64,000 bases of DNA, taken from assembly GCA_951406725.2 (NCBI GenBank), contig OX597833.1:4278001-4342000 (forward strand), read 5' to 3'. The notes below the pieces were generated by a model. That model worked only from the letters and a program-made list of their open reading frames with translations, did not search any database and was not told the DNA's origin. Below are positions 54,853 to 64,000 of this stretch, piece by piece (the first letter of the stretch is position 1; the number at the start of each line of letters is the position of its first letter). Made by a program: the position numbers and the translations under genes. Origin of the DNA: Octopus vulgaris. Lineage: Eukaryota.

Positions 54853-55978
54853 TATGTGGGCACAGGATGTCATGAAACTTGTACAACAAAAAAGTACAAA
54901 GCACGAGTACGCGTTTGCCACCACAACCTCGTCTAGGCTTAGCAGCCCTTCCTGATTGTTTTCACTGTCCTGTTTGTGTTACCTATTTTGACCCTCCGCG
55001 AAATCCCAAATTTTATTTAGTTTGCTTTGCAGGAGCAACTGTTTCATTGAAAGCGTATATTGTTAAATGTTCGAAATGTGAGACTAGGGAAACAGCCAGC
55101 AACTGATGAAGGGTCATTCTTTATGTTTGTTACACTCTGAGAATGTAATGGGTGCTCTTTAGGTGCCACTGGCACAGGAGCCAGTCAAGTGGAAATGGCA
55201 TAGGTCACTCTTGAATGGTGCTTTTCACATGTCACTGGCATGGGTGCCTGTCAGGCGGCACTGGCATCGACATCGAGATAGACAGACAGACAGACAGATC
55301 TACTTATCTATCTGTCTGTCTGTCTGTCTATAATGGTGTTAACAATCCGCTTAGAGGTGTGGGTTAATGAGATAAAATATGAATTGGTCATTTGTTATGA
55401 CTGGATGTAACTGCAAACACTCAACACACACACACACATCCACGCTGTCTTTTTTTCTTTTCTTTTTCTTTTTACTTGTTTCAGTCATTTGACTGCGGCC
55501 ATGCTGGAGCACCGCCTTTGGTCAAGCAACTTGACCCTTTTGTAAGCCCAGTACTTATTCTATCGGTCTCTTTTGCCGAAGCACTAAGTTACGGGGATGT
55601 AAACACACCAGCATCGTTTGTCAAGCAATGCTAGAGGGACAAACACGGACACACAAATATATATATATATACATATATACGACGAGCTTCTTTCAGTTTC
55701 CCTCAATGAAATCCACTCACAAGGCTTTGGTCGACCCAGGGCTATAGTAGAAGACACTTGCCCAAGGTGCCACGCAGTGGGACTGAACCCGGAACCATGT
55801 GGTTCATAAGCAATCCACTTACCACACAGCCACTCCTGTCTGTTTCTTTTCTTTTAAATTTACTATTCTATTATTTTTTTTTATTCGACAGAATATGTCT
55901 TGTGGCTCTGCCATTTTCAACCCATTGCATTCTGTTTGCATTTTCACGATGATACTTATTCCGTTGTTCTTTTGCCAG

Positions 55979-56177
55979 GTATATGACTGTTGAGGAGAAT
56001 GAGGAAGGCCCACTTCACATGGAACTTACCACAGATGACACTCACTGCAGTAGGAAACCACTGGTTGCCCTCCCACCACTGTTCTTACAGCTAAGACACA
56101 ATATTACCATGCGTCTAGAGAGGAGACCTATCTCTCTCTCTCTCTTTCCCATTCTTTCTCTCTATCTATCTATCTAG
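55979..56177 (+). CDS. IgSF receptor paralogue C, putative cytoplasmic-tail exon
   Basis: tttgccag acceptor, phase 2; reads KYMTVEENEEGPLHMELTTDDTHCS... to a TAG. The 3' end is uncertain because of a possible internal donor near 56050. Confidence 0.5.
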
Positions 56178-56770
56178 CTATATGTGCAGGTGTCTATCTG
56201 TGTCGGTCACTACTTAGCTAACTCTCATCTTTATATATAAAACAAAAGTTGTGTGTGTGTGTGTCTGTCTACTCTGATTTAGATTCTTAACTACTCCCAC
56301 ATTTTGCGGTGCAGTTTAACCAAAAGCGGGTATCTTATAGTCATGATTCATATCGAGCCCTTCTGGGTATTAGCGCGCGTCTACGATGAGTCTAAGATTT
56401 TAAAAAACATTTACCATTATTTTTCCGCATTTTTAATGATTTTTGCTCGGGTTATATAAGGGAAGTAACTCTCTAAAAATACTTATATAGTTATTTCCCT
56501 TACAAACCCGAGCAACGCCGGGCAATACTGCTAAGTTGTTCTATAAACATAAGCTGTCTCTCTTCATGTCACACTCTGGTCTCTGTAGAATATTTCTTTC
56601 TTAACTGCTGCATTTCACATGTGGCTCCATGTGTATGTCTGTGTATCTGTGAACAGGGTGCATCAGTTTTTTGAGGTTATTTCTATGAATTTATAAAAAG
56701 ACACATAGCACCTCAACAAAACGCTATATTTGAAAACCAATTGGTACAAATAATCTTGAGAATTGTTTAA

Positions 56771-56991
56771 CCCTTTCGTTACCGTATTTATTTTGAGATG
56801 CTCTGTGTTTCTTTCAATTACTTTTAATATAACAAAGAATTTAGTAAAATAACTTACTTATCGTTCAGCCAGTGTTAGGAACATAAATTGTGACTAAGGT
56901 TTGGTGGAAGATTTTAATTCAAAACTTATGAAAGCAAGACATTTGTATTACAGAGTCAGAACCGGTTTCAGCTGGCTTGGTAACAAAGGGG
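56771..56991. mobile_element. piggyBac-type MITE
   Basis: TTAA TSD and CCC..GGG TIRs; the mirror arm has an empty single TTAA site at about 9853. Confidence 0.8.
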
Positions 56992-59648
56992 TTAAGCACA
57001 CTTATTTAGTCTGGAAGAACTTTCGGGGAAGAACTTTGGTGTGTCTTCTTTTAACTAAAATCTTCCTCTAGCTCTGATGATGCACAAAATCAAATATATA
57101 CCTTTTTCACCTGTTAGAAGAATGACTCAGGAAATAACCGTTCTTTCAATTGCTTGATTAACCGACGAATTAATAAACTAATTAAGCATTTTGCTGCTCA
57201 AAGTCAATTGACTACACCAAGAGGCATCCCAATTAAAGAAATATTAAACTGCTTAGAATTTTGTAGACACAGGCATTGTCAGAATTTCCTGTCGTTGCTT
57301 TTTTTGCGTATTATGTTGGTTTTAGAAATAAAAACAGTTAAAAACGAATGCAAGAGTTTTGGTCTGTCAAATGTTCCTCTTGTTTCAATGTTGTTTTACT
57401 TAATTCGTAGAAATGAAACAAAATATTAATTATTCTGAGCAAAGAGCAACAGATCAAGCACTGCTGTCACTATAATAATCATAGCTCTCTCTCTCTCTTT
57501 CTCCCTCTCTCTCTTCCTCTCTCTCTTCTCTCTCTCTCTCTCTACCTATCTATCTATCTTCTGGTTCAGTTTCTAAGTTTTCACCTTGATGTCCCTCTCC
57601 CAACTCACTTCCAACTTCTGTCTCCTTAAATTTCTGTGTATATACAGATGTTGGGGCCAGATTAAGACCCATAGACACTCTAAACCAGTGGTTTTCAACC
57701 AGAGTTCTGCCAGTACAGTCCAGGGGTTCCACAAGAAGTTACAAAACTGCTAAAATCGGCTGTAATTTTTAATTCTCCTGTGCAGATATGTGTGCATAAG
57801 ACTATTAAATTATTGCACGGGGGTTCCACGAGCCAGTGGAATGTTTCCTTGGGGTTCCGCTCCAGCAAAAAGTTTGAAAAGCATTGCTCTAAACATGTAA
57901 AAGCTTTCCATTCTCCCAAATATGTTTAATTAAAAATACAAACAATAATAAACCATAAATTTCTATTCTTCAAAATCAAACAAATCGAACAGTAAGATGG
58001 AAAACTATGATTTATTTTGTATTCTTCCATTTTATGTTTCAAAAATGTTCTACTTTTTTTAATTGTAATCACTTTGATGAGATCCACACAGTGGCACCAT
58101 GAACATTTCAAAATACTTAATTACATACATATATATTATTGTTGCATGTGATTATAATAACGAGTTTGGATTGATATTATTTGAGATATATAGATATACT
58201 AGCAGTATCGCCTGGCGTTGCTCGGGTTTGTAAGGGAAATAACTATATAAGCATTTTTAGAGAGTTACTTCCCTTGTTTCACCCGAGCAAAAAATCATTA
58301 AAAATGCGGAGAAATGATGGTAAATTTCTTTTTAAATCGAAGACTCATCGTAGACACGCGCTAATACCCAGAAAGGCTCGATATGAATCACGACTATAAG
58401 ATAGCCACTTTTGGTTAAACTGCACCGCAAAATGTGGGAGTAGTTAGGAATCTAAATCGGAGGAGACAGAGTCTCACACACACAACTTCAATTTTATATA
58501 TAAAGATATTTCAATAGTTTTAGATTCTACTTAATTATTTTGCCCGTTATAATTTTGCTGCTTTTTAATTTTTAATGTAATTGATATCTAGTTGAATGGC
58601 TAACACCCACCTAATAATACATAGTCGTTTGAATAAATTTTTTTACAGTCCAGCAATTCTTTCACAAGGAATTTCGTCTATTTACACACCAATGCCCTGA
58701 TGTGACTTATATATAAGGGAACTGAATTGTATATATATCAAAAAATGTATAAAGTCGAAACAAATTGTTGGCTTTTTTGGTTGTTTAAATAATTATGTTA
58801 TATTATATTATATTCATAGTATATTATGTTATTTTATAAATAAATTGTTGGATTCTCAATTAATCTCTCTAATTTATTGTTTGCAATTTACATTGTACCC
58901 CTAATTCTGTGGTATTCAACAGATGTCCCAGTGAATTGGATGTTTTACACACCCCTCTGAAGGAATTCTTTTCCTTTGTTTGTTACCGTTGATATATATA
59001 TATATATATATAATTTATGAATAAATGAAAGAATGGAGTTGAACGACAAATGAACAAATTTCCTTTATTATTGACATATGTTTCGAAGGCTGCATATTCC
59101 TAATTGTAAAGGAATAAGGAGTACATTATGCCGCTTTCTCATCAAGAAAAGCAAGGAATTTATGTCAACATCAAGATTCACAATAACTTTTAGATGACTG
59201 CTCTCACGGAGTGCATAGTGATAATAAGTGTCTCAGAAAAGTTTGAAGTGAGTTAATTTCTACAGGACAGCAACCACTTCCTGGATCAGGGTGGGTATAG
59301 ATGCCATTTTGCAATGGATGGTGTGTGTAAGTATGAATGGGAGTGGGAGGGAATGTACTCGAGTGTGGAGTGTGTGTGTGTGTGTGTGTGTGTGTTTGCA
59401 CATGTATGCATACATAGCTACATTGGTACTGAAATACAATATTACATGCTTTCACAAACATACACACAGACATATTCACACATTAATGAAATGTACCCCA
59501 TAGATATATGAACATAATTGCGTCCGTATATATATGTATGTGTCTGTGTGTGTGTGTGCATTTTAAATCTATATCCGTTTATATAAACTACTATATATAT
59601 ATATATATATATGTATATGTATATAAATAAATATATATGTATAGATAA

Positions 59649-59679
<31 letters not shown>

Positions 59680-59736
59680 GTATATGTATGTACATATGCA
59701 TATATCTATATATGCATATATATATATATATACATA

Positions 59737-59802
<66 letters not shown>

Positions 59803-60010
59803 TATTGAAATGGATAAATGAATTATCTTGTTAAGGATTATTCAAAATTTAACCGATCCTGGGTAGCAAAAATCACAACAGAAAAAACATGGTTGAAGTT
59901 ACGACCTTGGGGTGTCTCAACCGTGCCTTAGCGCGGATAATTGAAGTTCAATATATTTAGTGAAGGGAAGAAATGGAGCTGAACGAAGATTCTACATAAT
60001 TCCTTTTATT

Positions 60011-60095
60011 ATCTTCTACACATGTTTCAAAGGCCGCAAATTTCCAAATTCGGAATGAATAAGGAGACCATTTGCAGCATTCTCTTCAGGAAAAT
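60011..60095 (-). ncRNA. Type I hammerhead ribozyme (inverted partner of 60700-60784)
   Basis: Same core; stem I attttc/gaagat with one G-U pair. Confidence 0.65.
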
Positions 60096-60699
60096 CTAGG
60101 AATTTAAAAATCCAAAACAAATGCGCAGCAAGGTAGAACAAAGCGCTCCCTAGGAGCCCATGAAATCACAAAACTGTCTCTCACTGTACGTTGACGTCCG
60201 GGGGTGGGGGGGTGGAGGCCGACGAAAATGTCCGTTGGAATTAATCGGGTTCAGACAGCGGTCAAACCTGGTAGTGGGAGAAATACTGAAAACCAAATGG
60301 TGTGAATATATTCTGTATAATTAATGTTCAGATTGTTTAAAGAATTAAGGCTATCGTATATAGGTGTGGGACCCTGCCTACATGTATGTGTGTGCACGCC
60401 TGTGTAAGTGTGGGAGTCTGTCAAGCAGCGGGGAGAGGGAAAGAGAACTGCTGATTTTGTTGGTCGTGTCTGTGTGTCCGTCTATGGTCAGTTTGTAAAG
60501 AGATAACTTGTCAAATCAGGAGAACATAATTCTTGATCTCGCTTCTAAAAAAGTAGCGGACCGAACGCTAAAAGGGGAGTAATGTCCCCTTGCAAAATTA
60601 ATTCAAATATTTTTTCAAAATTTTTGTGATTTCATGGGCTCCTAGGGAGCGCTTTGTTCTACCTTGCTGCGCATTTGTTTTGGATTTTTAAATTCCTGG

Positions 60700-60784
60700 A
60701 TTTTCCTGAAGAGAATGCTGCAAATGGTCTCCTTATTCATTCCGAATTTGGAAATTTGCGGCCTTTGAAACATGTGTAGAAAAT
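60700..60784 (+). ncRNA. Type I hammerhead ribozyme in inverted-repeat element
   Basis: attttc-CTGAAGA-gaatgctgcaaat../..atttgcggccttt-GAAA-catgtg-TA-gaaaat. Confidence 0.7.
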
Positions 60785-61131
60785 AATAAAGGGAATTATG
60801 TAGAATCTTCGTTCAGCTCCATGGTGCAAAAAGAGAGAGAAAGAGGAAGAGTGAGAGAGAGATTTTTTTTTATTGTTGTATGGAAATCTCTGATAAAACA
60901 AACATGCTTCAACTGTTATCTGGATGGAATTTAAATCAAACTTATTTTATCAATAATATGTTCATTTCCCTGTCAAGACTTTGATCTTACCAACATGAAA
61001 CATAACATTTTCTATATGTGTGTGTGTGTGTGTGTAACGTATGTTTGTATGTGTGTATTTGACAGGGAAATGAACATATTATTGATAAAATAAGTTTGAT
61101 TTAAATCTCTCCCTCTCCCTCTCTCTTTTTG

Positions 61132-61162
<31 letters not shown>

Positions 61163-61192
61163 GCATACATAGATACATGCTTATGTACATAC

Positions 61193-61274
<82 letters not shown>

Positions 61275-61830
61275 CACACATTATCTATACATAAATATAT
61301 TTATTTATACACACATACATATATATATAGTAGTTTACATAAACGGATATAGATTTAAAATGCACACACACACACACAGTCACATACATATATATACGGA
61401 CGCAATTATGTTCATATATCTATGGGGTGCATTTCATTAATGTGTGAATATGTCTGTGTGTATGTCTGTGAAAGCATGTAATATTGTATTTCAGTACCAA
61501 TGTAGCTTTTTATGCATACATGTGCAAACACACACACACACACACACACACACTCCACACTCGAGTACATTCTCTCCCACTCACACTCATACTTACACTG
61601 ACCCTCCATTGCAAAATGGCGTCTATACCAACCCTGATTCAAGAAGTGGTTGCTCTCCTGTAGAAAATAACTCACTTCAAACTTTTCTGGCACTTTTTTC
61701 TCCCCTCCATCTGCCCCACGATCGGATTATAATTTCTTAAAGTTTATAACATATTTTCTTTTACTTTTGCACATTTCCATTTGAATTTTCTGAATCCAGC
61801 AAACTGATTAAGACGGATTAATTAACGAGG

Positions 61831-61891
61831 ATGAACTTTCTAATGGAGATTTCTTTACTTCTAACAAGTTTCTTGTTGTTGTTGCTGTTTG
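61831..61891 (+). CDS. IgSF receptor paralogue D, signal-peptide exon (gene continues beyond window)
   Basis: Same peptide and donor as 35277-35337, followed by the same mariner + Tc1 intron. Confidence 0.75.
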
Positions 61892-62075
61892 GTAAGTATT
61901 TGGAATTGTCTTCAGAAAGTATCGTCTCTCACCAATCTTCATCTTTTCCTCTCTTTATACCTCTCATAACTGCTTGCTGCTTGTCAGTCTGTCTCTCTCT
62001 TTGCATCTAAATATGTGGGTATTTATGTTGATTTTTTATTACCCCCAAGGGGCCAAATATGTGGGTATGTATGTA

Positions 62076-63318
62076 TTAGGTTGTTTCACATGAAACATCA
62101 CATTTTTAACTACTTGTTATTTCAGTCATTTAAAAACTCAATTATGTGTACCCTGCATTTAATCTTGACTCTTTTTCTTTCCCAACAATATTGGTTCACA
62201 AAATTCATACCCACAGACCTCATGAAAAGGATAACAACCAAACTATGTTGAGTGATTTTCTCATATGAGTACAAACTCATTCACTCTGCCGCAGAAGCTC
62301 TACGGAACATCAAGTGGGTCTTTAGTAATGGAATTTTTTGATATCAGAATTGTTCAGAGATGGTTCCTAAATCTTGTTCAGGAGATGATAGCCTTGAAAA
62401 TAAACCAAGGGGTAGGCCAAAATCAGTCATTCGGCATGATGGATTAAATGCTTTTGTTGAACAAAATCTAAGAACAAAGGTTTGAAAACTTTCATCAGAA
62501 CCCCAAACATCTCATGCAACTGTTTTTGGACCCCTGTAAAAAATGGGAAAAGTCTAGAAAACGAATAGGTTTGTTCCACATCAACTGAATGAGATTCAAA
62601 AAGCAAACGCCTTAAAGTCTGCTCCTTATTGCTTTTTTGACTGAAAAAGGACCGTTTCTGCATCAAATCATTTCTTGTGATGGGAAATGGATACTCTTTG
62701 ACAACAGCAGGAGAGGAGGTCAGTGGCCAGATGCAGGAGAGTCACCTAAACACTACCTAAACCCACCATTGTACCCTAAAAAGTTAGTGGTCACTCTTTG
62801 GTGGTCTGTGAAGGGAGTTATTCATTATTCATTTTTGCAACAAGGAGAAACGGTAACAGCAGCATCGTATTGCCAGGAAATTTACTGTATGCATGAGAAT
62901 TTGAAAAAGGAGCAACCCAGGCGAGTGAAGAGAGATGGCCCAATTTTGCTCCACCATAATGCACGTCCTCAAACTACGATCCAAAAGTTGCAAAGCCTGA
63001 ATTATAAGATTTTGCAACATCCTCCCTATTCCTCTAATATCTCTCCTACTAATTATCACTTATTTAAGCATTTTGGGCTTTTCATAAGCAATAAACATTC
63101 TTAAATAAAGAAGAGGTAATTGAAGCACTCGGACAGTTTACCTCAGCAAAAGATGAATTTATTCTTTTAAATGATGGAATACATGACATGGAAAAACGTT
63201 GGGTAAACGTCTTAAATGAACATGGATCATACTTTGATTAAATAAATCAGTTCTCTAACACTTGTGAAACATTTCATTGTTTCCTTTCAAATGCGACATT
63301 TCGTGTGAAACAACCTAA
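62076..63318 (+). mobile_element. Mariner-family transposon fossil (intron 1 of gene D)
   Basis: TIRs and TA flanks; frameshifted transposase, ORF 62637-63104. Confidence 0.9.
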
Positions 63319-63499
63319 TATGCATGTATGTAGGTATGCATGTATGCAAGCTCTCTCCCTCTATCTATCTATAAACATGTGTGTGTGTGTGTGTGTGCTA
63401 TATTTAAAATTAAAGTTTAGATAAGAGTTGTAATGTCTCAATCATTTAAAAAACGAATTATACACACAAGCTCACACATACATATTAAAGATATATATA

Positions 63500-64000
63500 C
63501 CCTGCATCCTACATAATTAGGTGACTCAACCGTCTCTCAATAAACAAATGTATATTCGTTGCAAATCAATTATTTTCCCACTGACTTTTGGCAACACCTT
63601 TCTGTGCACATTCTGTTAAAATAAATCAGATCTGTGCAGACAAAAGGAAGCGGCGGCTATTATCGTGTCCCAGCAAAATGTCTTCTGTCCCAAATTACAC
63701 GACAGGTGCCCAATTTAAGTGTGATTAGGGGTCAGAAACGTGATCTTACCTCGAATGAGAAGTCTAACATCGTGTCAGAGCTGGGAAAAGGAAAAACAAC
63801 CATAGAAATACCAAAAATAGTGGGAAAAGATCACCGAACAGTGAAGGAATTTGTGCAGTCTCCTATTTCTGTTTGGTCATGGGCAAATAATGTTAAGTTG
63901 AGAGTTGCTTCAAATCATTCTTTGTCACATGAGAAAAGTGAAGATGTGTGGAACTCAGGTCTGACAAGTAGAGAAGTCTTCAAATGCTGTGGCAGGGAAG
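63500..64000 (+). mobile_element. Tc1-like fossil, 5' part (cut by window end)
   Basis: Matches 36944-37444. Confidence 0.85.

Larger units (their letters stand above)
59972..60822. mobile_element. Penelope-like remnant with ~200-bp inverted terminal repeats
   Basis: 59972-60175 is the reverse complement of about 60620-60822; each repeat carries a hammerhead. Confidence 0.6.
60975..64000 (+). repeat. Direct segmental duplicate of about 34300-37444 (start of next gene unit)
   Basis: Upstream region, signal exon, mariner and Tc1 5' end are near-identical. Confidence 0.85.

Overview
Eukaryotic, AT- and microsatellite-rich DNA. The SINE/RTE repeat landscape resembles an octopod cephalopod (inference only). 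The window holds a cluster of at least four paralogous multi-exon immunoglobulin-superfamily receptor genes (called A-D here) that the ORF track shows only in fragments. Gene C (+, 35277-56177) assembles with GT-AG junctions into one frame of about 465 aa: signal peptide, V-like Ig, two more Ig domains, Ser/Thr/Pro stalk, TM helix and a Tyr-containing tail. Genes B (-) and C (+) lie head-to-head in the arms of a ~51 kb imperfect palindrome (about 7590-31800 / 32185-58990). A (1-4.6 kb) and D (61.8 kb onward) are further direct copies. The membrane-distal Ig exon differs by 26-31 of 111 aa between paralogues, mostly in CDR-equivalent loops, with few silent changes (A vs C counted by hand). This points to a diversifying immune or self/non-self receptor family. 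The window also has several distinct minimal type I hammerhead ribozymes in Penelope-like remnants, mariner and Tc1 fossils, CR1/L2, RTE and RLE-type LINE fragments, Helitron, hAT and piggyBac non-autonomous elements, and a tRNA-Glu pseudogene. The 16.1-21.4 kb segment looks like an assembly consensus chimera and should not be trusted.
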